The translations under genes were made by a program, and so were the position numbers. Below are positions 10,654 through 24,417 of a stretch of DNA of 64,000 bases, in pieces. The stretch is from Azolla caroliniana (Eukaryota > Plantae > Polypodiophyta): the NCBI GenBank assembly GCA_043228905.1, contig JBHGNT010000022.1, positions 11,780,001-11,844,000 on the forward strand, written 5' to 3'. Each line of letters begins with the position of its first letter. Positions within the stretch are counted from its first letter, which is position 1. The notes under the pieces were generated by a model. The model saw nothing but the letters and a program-made list of their open reading frames with translations, ran no database searches and was not told the DNA's origin.

Positions 10654-12911
10654 CTTTGATGGATATGGTTGTTTAGGGATTATATGGAATCAAAGGACTC
10701 CATACTTTTTTTTTTGTATAGTCTTTAATTCCAATCTGTAAGAAATCAAGCAATAACACAAGAGATAGGAAGAAGATAACAAGGAGAGAGAGAGAGAGAG
10801 ATCAAGATCCAACAGTTGTATTTCTCACATCATATGAATAGTGGTTACAATGTGTATATATGAGAGAAAGGGTGGTTACAAAACGTTTTTATAAATGAGG
10901 GGTATTTTGGGAAATATTATTTATTACTTTATTTATCATAATATGTTTTATTTTTATTCCTAATATTATACTTTATTTTATATTCTAACACCCCCCCATA
11001 AAATAAAGTGTTTATTTTTCTTTATTGATATTGCTAATACTAAGACCAATTTTATTACAACAATTCCAATGTTTTTGTTGTGGTACTGGCTTCATCAAAA
11101 AATCCGCCCACATTGTTGTAGTAGATGTATAATGTAAAGACATTTCTTTTGCTTCTACCAACTCTCGAATAAAATGATGTCGCGCTCTTATATGTTTATT
11201 TTAATCCGTGATCTTTGGGTTGATAGCTAGCTTAATACATGACTGATTGTCGCAAAATACTTTGACTTCATTAAGCTTTATGATGTCGAGCTCTTCAATG
11301 ATCGTCTTTATCCACAATCCTTCTTTTGCCGTTAATGCCGCCGCAACATATTCCACTTCGGTGCTAGAAAGAGCCACGGATACTTGACGTTTGGTTCTCC
11401 ATGCAATTGCCCCATCGGCAAATGTGAAAACCATACCAGATGTTGAGCGGGAGGTATCAAGATCCCCCCCCCCCCAATCCGAATCCGTCCAACCGACTAA
11501 TGGTGTTTGGAGCCAACCATTAATTTGGGACGAATTCCTAGATTGGAAAGACTTGTATGTGAGACCGATGTCTTTAGTGTATTGTAGATAGCGAAGAACT
11601 CGCTTTAAAACATTCCAATGAACTACTCTGGGATTCTGCATAAATCTAGAAAGAAAACCAGCTGAGTAAGACAAATCTGGACGTGTACAACTCACAAGAT
11701 ACCTTATACTTCCAAGGATTTGTCGATAAGGAAGTGTTTTCATGAGTTGCTCTTCTTCCACGGTCTTTGGACTATCATTGGATGATAGTTTGCACGGTAC
11801 GATCATTGGTGTTGCAGTAGGTTTGCAATCAGACATCTCGAACTTGTGAAGAATTTCTTCGACCAACTTTCGTTGCGACATAGTAAGTGTGCCTTCCGTC
11901 CTATTCCTTGTTACCTTGATACCAAGGCAATACTCTAGTGGTCCTAGGTCTTTGACGGGAAACTTCTCCTTGAGTTGATTTATAGCCTTTCGCATTGAAG
12001 TAGTAGAGTTTGAGGCAATTGGCAAATCATCAACATACACACCAATGATTACATAGTCACTTCCTTCTTTACGAATGTAAAGATTTGGCTCGGCTTGAAG
12101 ACGCCGAAAATTAATAGACATAAGAAATGTATGGAGCTTGTGGTGCCACATTCGTGGAGATTGTTTCAAACCATACAATGACTTATGAAGCTTACACACA
12201 TACTTTGGGAATTTTGAATCTTCAAAAAATGGCGGTTGTTGCATGAATATTTCTTCATTTAAGTCGTGACCATGTAAAAATGCGGTTTCGATATCTAAGT
12301 GGTGAAGTTCGAGATTAAAACCGGCCGAAAAAGCAAGCATGACTCGTAATGGAACCATTTTTAGTGTCGGCGCAAATGTTTCTTTAAAATCCACACCAGG
12401 AATTTGTGAAAAACCACGAGCGACGACACGTCGAGCTTTATATCTCGTCACTACACCATGTGCATCCTTCTTCTTCGTAAGTACCCACTTACTAGATATG
12501 ACATTGCGATTCTTTGGTTGTGGCACTAAAGTCCATGTTCCATTGCGCATGAGTGCCTCCATCTCCGTTTGCATCGCCGACTTCCACATTTCACTCTCGG
12601 GACCATTAAGGGCTGCTTTTGGAGTGAGATTTATGTCCTCAAGTGGAATATCACCTTCGTTATCTTCAATCTCGTCAATAGTCTCCGGTCCGAAGTCGGC
12701 CATGAGTGCTTCGAATGGATGTGTGGCTTCCATGATTTCGTAAATATTACGAAATTTTTGCTTGATTGGTTGCGGCTGATCATCAAAATTCTCATTTGTT
12801 GGGTAAGTGCCGGGTAGAGAAGGAAATATATTGACATTAGGTGATGCTTCTGGTGTGAAACCTATATGTATGTGGATGACTTAAGTTCACATGAGATTTA
12901 TTAGTTACACT

Positions 12912-13487
12912 CATAGTTCTAGCCATACGTCCCATTCGTGTCATACTCAAACGCCAATATTCGTATCATACTCATACGTGAAAAGGCTCCAAGTATGATT
13001 GAAATCCATACGCGGTACATAGATATATTATATATACATATGGTGTATATGGTGTACATAGTGTGTGTGTGTGTGTGTGAGGGGGAGAGAGAGAGAGAGA
13101 GAGCGTGTGTGGTCTAGAGAGAGAAGCCCTGTTTTGCATGTGTGAGGAGACAGTGATTGAGTGTATATCTAGACTCTAGAGAGAGAGAGAGAGAGGAGCT
13201 ATGGGTTTTGTCTGTGTGAGGGAGTATGTAATATGTATATTAGATATCTAGATTTTGTAGAGAGAGAAAATCTGTCAGTTCTCGTGTGAGAGAGAGAGAG
13301 TGTGTGTGTATGTGTGTCAGATGTCACTTCTATTCACAAAATATTATGAATATCAAAAATTAAAAAAACCAAAATAAAGTAAAAAAAAAAAAAAAAAGCC
13401 AAACGAATATCGCGTATCATACGCGTACGTTTGCAAACGTTCGCGTACGTCCAGTAAATTGGACGTACGCGAATATTAGGAACTATG
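12912..13487. mobile_element. hAT-type MITE inserted in copia-2, unit A only
   Basis: TIR CATAGTTC..GAACTATG and perfect 8-bp TSD GTTACACT. Empty site at ~44879-44886. Internal GA/GT microsatellites. Confidence 0.92.
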
Positions 13488-14396
13488 GTTACACTTTTTC
13501 TTGTGTAAATCGGTGTGAATAGGTTATTATTTGGTGAAGAGTAACTGTTTTGGAGAAGCGGGAAGAGTTGGCGCGCTCCAAAACAGTGTCTGCACCTATA
13601 AAAGAACCCGCTCCACCTCCCAAGTCCTTACTTCTTCTCTGTGATGGCGTTTCCTTCTGTTCCAATGCTTTGCCGCCACCGCCATCTTGCTGCAAATCGA
13701 GCTTCTCCTGTTGTTGGCCGCGCTTCTCCTGCTGTCTATGGCCGCGATGCAGCTGCATATTCTCCCGTTTATCAGAAGGTTGCTGATCCTCTTGCTGATT
13801 ATACTTCTGATCATAAAGATGTTGTTTAATTTGCTGATTATTTGGTTGATTATTTTGATGATTGTGCTGCTGATTATGTTGCTGATCAGGAGGTCGTTGA
13901 TCATGTTGCTGATCGGGAGGTTGTTGATTCTGTTGTTGATGGCCGTGTTGATGGTGGCTGAGTTGAGGCTCCTGATGGCTGAGCGGATGGTGGCCGATTT
14001 GATGCTGCTGGTGGCCAAGCTGAGGCTGTTGGTGGCCGAGCTTATGATGCTCGTGTTGATTGTTGCCGCGCTTCTGATGGCCGTGTTGATGGGGGTCGAG
14101 CTTCTGCAGGTCGTTCTGGTCATGACTGAGCCGATTTTGAGGGTGGCCCACCTGCTCATCATGAAGTTGATCGTCACTCTGATTTTGTGGGGAATGTTGA
14201 ATTTGTGGAGAATCATCATGCCTATCATGTTGAAAATGACCACTTTCATGTGGATTCATCAGAAATGTTGATGTAGGGGAGCAATGAATGAATTCGACTT
14301 CTTCATTCTGTCTGCTTTCAGGATTCTTTCTTCGCCATCGACTACCAGCTTTGTTAGGCACCTTTTCTAAATCTTTCACCAATATATCTTTATAAG

Positions 14397-14421
14397 TTTA
14401 GGGTTTAGGGTTTAGGGTTTA
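14397..14421 (+). repeat. Interstitial telomere-type repeat (TTTAGGG)3
   Basis: TTTAGGGTTTAGGGTTTAGGGTTTA inside copia-2. Confidence 0.85.
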
Positions 14422-17400
14422 TGATCTTTCTTTTCATCATCTGTAGCCTGCATGCATGTCGTGTATGTCTTCATTTCTTATGTGATTGTGTAAATCTTCT
14501 TTGTATGATGATCTTAATCCTTTCTTGTTAGGGTAGGTCGGATTAGTGTACAAGTAATGCGTTACTCCTTCCTCCTCATCTTCTGCTCGAACATCTGCAT
14601 GTTTCTGATTTTGAAACTGCTTCCCGAAACTCCTTGTGATCAGACCACCGTAATTTTCTATTTGTGAAACATTTATAGTAATTAGATCATTAATCCTTAA
14701 ATTGTGTTTAAAATCGCGTACCTCATGTTGTTTTTGTTGTTGAAGTAAACTAATCTCATCGAAGATAACTGATCGACTATAGAAACACTTTTGTTTATGA
14801 GGATCAAATAGCTTGTATGCTTTAACTCCGGAAGCTTCACCATATCCAATAAAAAAGCATTTTCTAGTGTGTGGATCTAACTTCTTCCGTTTATCTGCAG
14901 GTATATGACTCTAGGCGATCGAACCGAACACTCGGAGGTGACCAAGGTTAGGTTTATGCTTAAACCAGAGTGAATGTGGTGTTTGAAGACCCAATATCTT
15001 ATGTGGAGATCTATTTTGCAAGTAACAAGCAGTCGCAACTGCTTCTTGCCAAAATCGAAGAGGCAATCCAGCTACTTGAAGCATACTTCGACTAGCATCT
15101 AGGAGCGTCCGATTCTTGCGCTCAGCTACACCATTTTGTTGCGGGTTGTATGGTACAGTATGTTCATGTCTTATTCCATTTTCTTTACAAAAACTGTTCC
15201 ATTCATCACTAAGATATTCCCCTCCATTGTCAGTACGAATAGTCGAAATCTTATGTTGACACTGGTTTTCTACATATGCTTTATAATTTGTAAATGCATT
15301 GTATGCTCCAAATTTCTTCTTCAGAAAGTACAAGATTGTGAATCTTGTGTAGTCATCTATGAATGTAATAAAATACCTGTTACCGTTTATTGATACGTCC
15401 ACATAAGTCTGAATGAATGAGTTGTAGTGGTCTTTCCGTCCTTTTCTGTTTGCTTATTGGAAACTTTTCTCGACACTGCTTGCCATAGATGCATCCCTCG
15501 CATATAGATATATAGCTGAATGACTTTGTTGGAATTCCTTCGAATAATTTATGAACTTGACCAGTCTTTATCGCCTTTGGGTTGAGATGCCCGAGTCGAT
15601 GATGCCAAAGCATTGTAGGGTCAATAGGTGACGCGCTTGATGCAAAGAGGGCTTGTATAGGAGTTTTATCCATCATTTGTAAAGGGTAGAGTCTTCCAGA
15701 TTTGGGGCAAGTCACTCTTAACATCTCACCAGTAGGTAATTCATGAGAAATAACCGCAAAATCATTATTGAATTGTATACTTGTTCCATTTTTTGTTGCT
15801 TCACTTACAGATATTAGGTTTCTCATTACACCTGGAACATAATAAACATTTGGAATGCTTACCGTCTTTGATTTGTTTAGAGACAGGTGTACTTCCCTTT
15901 TGCCAATCGCGACTTTTGTGCCATGGTCGCCGAATTTAACTTGGAGACCTTGTGGAAGGGAGCAGTAGTTATGTAGAAGATTTCTATTATTTGTTAAGTG
16001 ATGTGTCGCCCCAGTGTCGAAGAACCAAAGGTTGTCATTGCCTTTCTTTTGGTTCACTTGATTTTCATTTGCATCACTTGTAAAAGCTTGTATAAAATTA
16101 TTCTCTTCATCTTCTTCACAATAGTTCACATTATCATTTTGAATTGATGCACTATGAATTTGAGGGTAAGACTTCTTTCCTTTCCTTTTAAGATCAAATT
16201 GCTTCTTTCTACAATCTTTTTCAATATGACCTTGTTTATTACAATACCTCCATGTGATTTGTTCTTATGTTGAAACTTTTAGTTGCTTGAAAACTGTTGA
16301 AATTTCATCTTCCCAAAGTTGCCTCGATTATTTCTCATTGAGGCTGCCATGGCCATGTGGCTAGCCTCATGTTGTGAACTCGTTCTTTTCCTTCGTAGTT
16401 CATCCTACTTTAACTTTGCTACTAAATTTTGTAAATTTAGATTTTTATCTTCACTATGAATACTTACAAAAGTCATCCATGATTCTGGTAGCGCTCCCAT
16501 TAAAATCTCACATTTGGACATTTCATCGATATTATTGCCTGAAGAGATGGTTGTATCTAATTGCTTTTGCCACTTCATTATAAATGTGTCGATTTGTTCA
16601 CCTTCTTTCATCTGTAAATTCATTAATGATCTGAATGAAAAAATTTTAGTCATTCCGTCAGATGGTTGATGAATCTTTTGCAAAAACTCCCACATTTCAT
16701 TTGTTGTGTGTAAGTTTCGAACATAATCGACTTGCTCGTCACTTAAGTGCATTATTATCTCCATTCTAGCGTCGAGGTCTCTGCTTTTCCACATGCTCAT
16801 CCCAGGTTCTTGTTCAGGCATTTTCATGGAGCCATCTATTATATCCTTTAGATTATTACGCTCCATTATCAACTCCATCCGTGTCTTCCACATCCTGTAA
16901 TTGTGAGTAGTTAGTTTCTCAACTACATATTTTCTTACCATATTTGATGGATTTGCAGGATGATGATTGTTTGATGTGGATGTGGTTAGGTTTTCTGATT
17001 CTTCTTCGAACTCCATCTTGCTTAGATCGTCCGGATCAATCCAAGAACAAAATGTTTTGTGTTTTGATTGATGTCTCTAATTTTGCTCTGATACCATGTA
17101 AGAAATCAAGCAATAACATAAGAGATAGGAAGAAGATAACAAGGAGAGAGAGAGAGAGAGATCAAGATCCAACAGTTGTATTTCTCACATCATATGAATA
17201 GTGGTTACAATGTGTATATATGAGAAAAAGGGTGGTTACAAAACGTTTTTATAAATGAGGGGTATTTTGGGAAATATTATTTATTACTTTATTTATCATA
17301 ATATGTTTTATTTTTATTCCTAATATTATACTTTATTTTATATTCTAACACAATCAATGTGCCTTTTTTTTTGGATATTAACCTTTTTTGTAGAGCCTTC

Positions 17401-17695
17401 ATAAACAATGTACCAATGAATGTATGTGCCATCAAACCATGTCATCAAGTATTCACGAGACATCATGCATATTGAAACTCATACATGATGCAAATAATGA
17501 TTATAGATGTAATGCCATATTCTTGGCTATGGAGTCCTCTCTTCATTATAGATATCCCATGTGCAATGACCAATATCTCATGCTTGTGCCACGGCCCACC
17601 ATATTGATGGAGAAGCTACTAATGTCACATGATCAAGCATAAAAAATCGAGAATATAATTGGGCAAAACAATAAGATCATCTATGTAGTGAAGAT

Positions 17696-18603
17696 TAGCA
17701 ATGGGCCCGGTTTCGGCTCAAACTGAACTGAACCATTAAACCATGGCTTAACGGTTTATTGGTTCAAAGATAAATAAACCGTTTGGTTTAGTTTACATGT
17801 TATGATCCGGTTCAGTTCGGTTCTGAATTTCATGGTTTGGCAGTTTATTGGCTTATCGGTTCGGTTTTAAATTTCATGGTTTAGCGGCTTATCGGTTTCG
17901 GTTTAAAGGTTTAAAGGTTTATAGGTTAAAATTTATTCCTAAATTTTCACCTCTAGGCTCTAACTTTCAACTATAGTATGAACCATACGTACCATACTTT
18001 TGGATTAACTATTTATTATGAGGTAAATAAGCCTAAAAAATAGAAAAAAAAACAAAAACAAACATTAAAAAATGGGGAAAAACAAAAAAAAACACAAGAA
18101 TGTTTGAATAACATTCGCATTTGTTCTCCAACGTAGGAAAACAAATGTTATGCTAGACGAACACGAATTTTACGTACTATACTTTCAATTGTTAATTTTA
18201 AACCTCTAGGCTCTAACTTATTAAATTTTATATGCATTAATAATTATATGTAGAGTCTCCTTTTGATTTATGATTATCAAATTTATGACCAAATTTATAA
18301 TATGTATGATGACCAAATTTATAATAAGTGTAATAACTAAGTTTATGATAAGTATGATGACCAAATTTATGATGATTTTCTCACAAAAATTCATAATATG
18401 TATGATAATAAATATCTCTAAAAATTGGTTTTGTTTGGTTTTGATTTATGATAAACCGGTTTGGTTTGGTTCTAAATTTTCCGTAAATGGTTCAGTTTAA
18501 ATGGCTTCATAAATTTTAAACAGTTCCGTTTGGTTTTTATTATAACCAAATGTTTTGGTTTGGTTTCAAGGCCAAGAAACCAAACCAAATTGGCCCAATG
18601 CTA
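17696..18603. mobile_element. hAT-type non-autonomous element with GGTT/AACC subterminal repeats
   Basis: TIR TAGCAATGGGC..GCCCA(A/T)TGCTA. TSD GTGAAGAT/GTGAAAAT (1 mismatch). Many CGGTT/AACCG motifs at both ends. Confidence 0.85.
17972..18181. mobile_element. Small hAT-type MITE nested in the 17696 element
   Basis: TIR TATAGTA..TACTATA, TSD CTTTCAAC/CTTTCAAT. Inverted homolog at 24418-24646. Confidence 0.8.
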
Positions 18604-19740
18604 GTGAAAATGCAATTTTGTGATAGTAGAAGTTGATGGCAAGCCTTTCCTAAACCAAGAATTGGGAACTCATATACAAGCATGCAACACAGAACCATAG
18701 CACTAGTGACACTAAAAATTACGTCTAGTTGTACAATAGAGCATGGAGCCAAATTTGTGTAGAACATACAAACAATGATATTACAAAACATTCAAGCCAA
18801 TTCCCATTTTTATGTTTATTGTTGTCAATATCATTTCCCATCTCATGCTTGAATGCTCCATAGAGCGTTGTAGTAATGTGAGGAGAGCATATGTTGAAAT
18901 GGGTTAAACTAAATTTTCATCTCCTTAATCTTTATCAAACTTCCTTTTATTAAGCCACTCCAAGTAATAGAGTAGAGAATTATCTCACATGTATCTTAAT
19001 TTCCCTTTCATTACTTGAAACTAAGTTTCCTTTCCATTATTCATTTCAAGTTGTTTGCAGTTATTAATGATCTTACTCACAATCAAACAGGGATCACAAC
19101 TTATTTTTTTGGCTCTAAAATCTGAGCTTGGAGCACAAAATTACACAATTTTAGAGCAAATTCGCCGAACAACTAGTTGTGGGTAAATATGGAAAGAAAC
19201 TCATTGCATCAACATAAAGATTTCATCTCAAGGAAGACAATGAGATTTTCGAAGCTTGATTTTGACCTCTGAGCGAAAAGTTGTGAGATCATATGTTAAT
19301 TTTGAACAACTGGAATTGAACATGCTACATTGACTAGAGGACATCCCGAAGGGGGGAGGTTATAAACATAAATCTCCGAAATTTCAACCCCCCTCAAGGA
19401 GGCATGGATACTTGTAAAATTTCAAAAACTGGAATCCCATTGAAGGAAAACTCCACCCATGACTAGTGTTGGGCAAAGTTTTTAATCCCTACCACAAATT
19501 TTCCTACTAATTAACCTAACTGGATTATAACCATTTTAATTGGCCATTTTTGTATCAATGTTTATGTCATTTAGAAATTCTTGATTATTATTTTTTAAAT
19601 CATAACATACCAAATCGTATAGCATGAACATTCGGTAGAAATTTTACAATTGGTAAAATATTGAGAACATTGGCAACTAAGTAATCCATTGAGAAAAAAA
19701 TTACTCTACAATATTGAAATATCAAATGCTATATTGAAAC

Positions 19741-20014
19741 CATAGTACATAATATTCATGTTTGTTAGCCCAAACATTTGTTTTCATATGTATGCAAACG
19801 AATGCGTATGTTATGAAAACATTTTTGTGTTTTCTTTTACACTTTTTGCCTTAACTTACCTTAACTTTCTTACCCTAAAAAAATTTACCTTATAATAAAT
19901 AGTGAGTGCAAAAGTATATGGTATTTACCATAATTCGAGGGTGTTTTTCTTACGCGAATGATAAGAATGTTCACGAATGCGCATGTACGAATGCTATGTA
20001 TGCTTCATACTATG
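19741..20014. mobile_element. hAT-type MITE
   Basis: TIR CATAGTA..TACTATG, perfect 8-bp TSD ATTGAAAC. Confidence 0.88.
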
Positions 20015-21121
20015 ATTGAAACATCACATACCATATTAAAACAAAAATACTAGATTGACCACTAGATATGATAAACATTAAATGCCATATTGAAACACAA
20101 ATACCATGTTAAAAAATGGCATGTCATATTGAAACATCACATACCAAAATCATAGAACATTTATATCTAAGTCTCTTACCAAGAGAGAGAAACAAGTCAT
20201 TCATTGCATGGAGAAATTTTGATTTGTATCTTTTATGAAGTTCTCAATATCATTATCACAATGAGAAGTTCTTGTGAAAATATAACGATATGCCTTGCTT
20301 CGCCACAACAAGATTTACGTATTGAAGTCATGCTCTTCAAGATTAGGTCCTTCAATAGATATTTATATCAATGTATCTACCACATTGCTTTTTAGTCTAT
20401 TTTGTAAACCTATTCTTTGCTAGATTTAAGCCACTAAATCCTCTCTCACATGGTAATATAGAAGAGTATCAAATTGACCCTATCAATGAAAGCTTTAAAA
20501 CCGTGGATAACTTTTCTTTTCACACATAATTACAATTTATCATATACCCAAACATCTAAAAAATCTCTTCCTAACCATTTGTGGTAGCTTTCTTTCCTTC
20601 GTCGTGTTCGTCAAAATTTTCATTCTTCACCATCTTTGTGGAAATTTTTGTTGTCTTCTCTTCCCAATTTCAGAATTTGAAGCCAAAAAAATCTTTGTTT
20701 TCCTTGTTTGTCCACGGAAATTTTTAACATGGATTTGCAAGAGATATTTAAAAGTATGTATATTAAAAATTATAAATGATAGTAAATTCTTGAGAATGAG
20801 TATTGGTGTAGGGTCATGGAGATAGAGAGAACAAAAGCATTTTGCTTTGATGGATATGGTTTTGTTGGTGTCAGTTTAGGGTTATGGAGATAGAGAGAAC
20901 AAGCGCTTCTTGCTTTGATGGATATAGTTGTTTAGGGTTTATATGATTATGGATATGTATAGATCTCAAGACTAGAGCCTTTAATTATTAGACTAGAACC
21001 CTTAATGATTACCCTCTTTCCAATTATTTAAAAGACTCCATACCCTTTTTTTGGATTGCCTTTAATTCCAATCAATGTGTGCCTTTCTTGTATAACATGT
21101 GCCAATGAATGTATGTACCGT

Positions 21122-21839
21122 TGTCGTAGTGTATTTCGTACACTACGTGAAAATAATATAAAATAACCGATTGAATAAATATGAAGAAAAAAGAAGAAAA
21201 TATCAAAATAAGCATTACATGCATAGGGCAAGATTTAAACCTTGCACCTCCATGTTAATAATATAATGTCTTACCATTGCACTAGCATTTCATCAATATT
21301 AAAAAGTAGATGTTCCTCATAGAAAGTTTAGTTAACCTAGGATAAACTTTGGTTAAAAGAAAATGCATGCTAAAAGAAAAAGCTACGCATGCACATCTAG
21401 CATGCATGAATGTTATATTTGATAAAAAACGCACAAGTTAGAAAAAGCATGATCACTTTAGATAAAGCATAGAGTCTATAGTTAGAGAAATCGCACGGGT
21501 TGGAAAAAACTCTCTCATCTCTATATAAGGATGAGGAGCACAATGTAATGGGTGTAGAATAGTTGGAAATTGGATATATTTCCTAAAACACCAATTAATA
21601 AACTATACTCATGGGATTCACGAGGATTCTATATCATTCTCTTTCAACCCAAATTTATATTCTTATATTCATATTGATTAATCTAATACAATACACTCGT
21701 AGGATTCACGAGTTTGCTATAACTCTTTCTTACAACATATTTATATTCTTATTAGCCTTAAAACTCTCATCTTCCTAGTCCAAAACCCCAGCAGTTCCCA
21801 CCCGACTCACGCAACGATCCGGCGCCGAAAGGCACGACA
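21122..21839. mobile_element. Solo LTR (718 bp)
   Basis: Termini TGTCGT..ACGACA and 4-bp TSD CCGT. The empty homologous site tgta-ccat-caaacc is seen at ~30771-30784. Internal TATA-like ctctatataagg. Confidence 0.8.
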
Positions 21840-22295
21840 CCGTCAAACCATGTGATCTAGTATTCATCGAGTATATAATATAGAATCTTCCCACTTTATA
21901 TAATTGGAAACTTATCCCGCACCTATATATTAATTAATGCCATAGTTTTAGAGAGTAACATGCCTAATGTCACACATAGACAAATATGACATAAAACGAA
22001 AATCCGAAATTGAAGCACGATGACTCCTTTTCCACATGTGGGTCCGCAAATATGAGTCGCTCACATCATGAAACATTTGGTATCATTATAAAATGACTAT
22101 CAAAGTGGGATCTATAAATCAATATACATCTCAAAACCATCAACACAACCATCTCAAAGCATGACGCCTCCTTTTCCACATGTGGGTCGGCAAATACGAG
22201 TTGCTCACATCATGAAACATTTGGTCTCATTATAAAAGGACTCTCAAAGTGTGATCTATAAATCAATATACATCTCAAAACCACCAAAATAACAA

Positions 22296-23525
22296 TGGAG
22301 ATCAGAAATGAGATGGACTATGAAATCGGAAATCATTAACGCTCTATTGATTAGGGAATCTGCTACTCAAAGGATGACAATGGAGAAATGGATAGGCCAT
22401 GAGGAGAAGGGTTCTCTAATCCTGAGAAGTAGGGGATCACTAGACAAACTCGAAGGCCCTGAATTATGAGACACTGAGACACCAACACAGAATAACGGCA
22501 TTCGAGTACTCGCGTACACTGGTCATAAATGGGTTGTAGATCCTGATCCAACCAAAGTACAACCCGATTGGCATATATGTACTCATGAAAACACATGGCT
22601 ACGTAAGGTCAGTTGGGACCCTTTGTAATGGACATGGCGTGATCCCTATGCGGAGCAAGGAAGCAAACCCATCCCTTTCTTCCAATTCACAACTAGATTG
22701 GGTCGCCACATTCTAGCTACTCAAGCTGCCCGAGAACCGGCTGTTGCGAAGGTCTGGCACACATTTCAAGTTCCCTTCGCAATAATCACCAAGTTTTGGC
22801 AGAAAATCTGGAAGCAACAACACGTGAGGCGAATTACCACTTTCCAATGGCTGTTAATACATAAGTCCCTACCGGTGGGAGCATGGCAACGTGGGAACCT
22901 TAGCTCTCCTAATTGTGTAGAGTGCCCACATGTAGTAGAATCCATACGACACGCTCTATGGGACTGCCTAACGTCCCATCGAATATGGCGGGGGGTTGGC
23001 CGCTTGTTGCAATTATGCCAGGTGCAAGGTTCAATCAAGTGGGGAAATATATGTTGGCTATCATGGCAAGCTGCAATTGGCCGATACGAGCATCAGGAGG
23101 AGGGGATGACTTTGGTGATAAAAGCACAAGAGGTCCTTTTCTCCTCTAGCAGCAATGTCCACTCTATTCCTCTTAATGACAAATCTCAAGAGGTGTTGGA
23201 ATTGGTCAGCCCAATAACCCTTTGGATTCTATGTAGGCGAGTCTTCTCCAACCAAACCGCCCATCCAACAAGGTTACTACAAGAGATATGGAGTGAAATT
23301 GTAGCCACTCTAAAGAGTCAATATGATGGCCTTAAGGGCGGCTCCGAGGGAGTTGAAAGACAACGTATAGCCTTCATCCAACAATGGTCATCCTCTCCCT
23401 TTCTTGAGTCAATGGGCATCCACATAAGATGGAACTATCGCGTCCCTTTAGGGATTTGTACATAATCGTCTCATTTGTAAAATTTTATAACTAATGGAAG
23501 GAGTTTTTTTTGGGAAAAAAAAAAA
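22296..23525 (+). mobile_element. 5'-truncated LINE (zf-RVT-type C-terminus of ORF2) in an MTPSL promoter copy
   Basis: 14-bp TSD CACCAAAATAACAA and poly(A) tail. ORF 22698..23465 contains FWQKIW..FQWLLIHKSLP..CVECPHVVESIRHALWDC. Confidence 0.88.
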
Positions 23526-23618
23526 CACCAAAATAACAAACATATAATCAAACCTCTCACCCTACTATACATATCAATAATAATATAGGCATTTTGGCAT
23601 CAACTTAGGGTATCTTCA

Positions 23619-23935
23619 ATGGTGATCCTTAGGAGGCTTCCCTTGGTTACAATTTCAACCTTTCGTACCTCGTGTATGAGAATGGTGCATTCGGGTCCTT
23701 CTAGGACGTTGTGGAAGTTGCGGTGGATATGATCAATTGTGTCGATGCTCGTTCTGCAAATTCTAAAGTAGTTGATGCCATCCAACACAATGAGTTGATA
23801 CGAAGGGAGCCGAAGCTCAATGCTTACTTGGCTACGATGGTGTCGTGTATGTCTGCCAACATTCGTTGGTCCTTCGAAACATGTCATTACGAACTTAATC
23901 ACGACAATGGTCACAAGCATATAATATCTTGTTGA
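23619..23935 (+). pseudogene. MTPSL remnant: start codon joined directly to the C-terminal ~100 codons
   Basis: ATGGTGATCCTT jumps to GAGGCTTCCCTTGGTTACAAT (EASLGYNFN). Ends ..WSFETCHY..ISC*. Shares promoter and 3' flank with 31886-33340. Confidence 0.85.
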
Positions 23936-24170
23936 TATAAGAATACATGATCTTGATTTTCTGCATGTATGTTTTTGACCTGTCGAGAACGTAGCCTCCC
24001 CTGCATTGTTTATAAATTATTATTCTGTTGGTTTTGAACCATCCTATGTGACAATATGTCATTTGTATTAATCATATTATTCTTTATTTTTGAAGCTCTT
24101 TAGCATTGCAAACAAGGTTCATTGTCAATTGATATTGTAATTGACCTAGGGTTTTGAGAAGAAATTTGTG

Positions 24171-24207
<37 letters not shown>

Positions 24208-24417
24208 ACATAGTGAGATTTGAGGTTTTTGGAGTAAGTGCATGAAGAGGCTAGAATCAATGCTACGAGGGTGCTCAAAGCATGAACAAAAGGGGGCGAA
24301 AGGGGGTTGAGTTAGAATTCCTTACCATTGAAATTTTCCTTGCAATTGGGTAATGGGAAATATGTTATAGTGTATTGGGCTAAATTGAGTGTGGAGGTTT
24401 TTCCACTCAAGTGGAAG

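Larger units (their letters stand above)
10737..17350 (-). mobile_element. Decayed Ty1/copia LTR retrotransposon (second family), unit A copy
   Basis: 254-bp LTRs 10737-10990 and 17097-17350, TSD CAATC, PBS 17085-17096. Fragmented gag (16405..17016), PR (FDTGAT), INT (14911..15402) and RT/RH (YVDDL, 11201..12733). Confidence 0.95.

Noticed and set aside
13687-14271. 194-aa Leu-rich ORF resembling a membrane protein
   Set aside because: Antisense reading of the CAA/CAG/CAT-rich tract.
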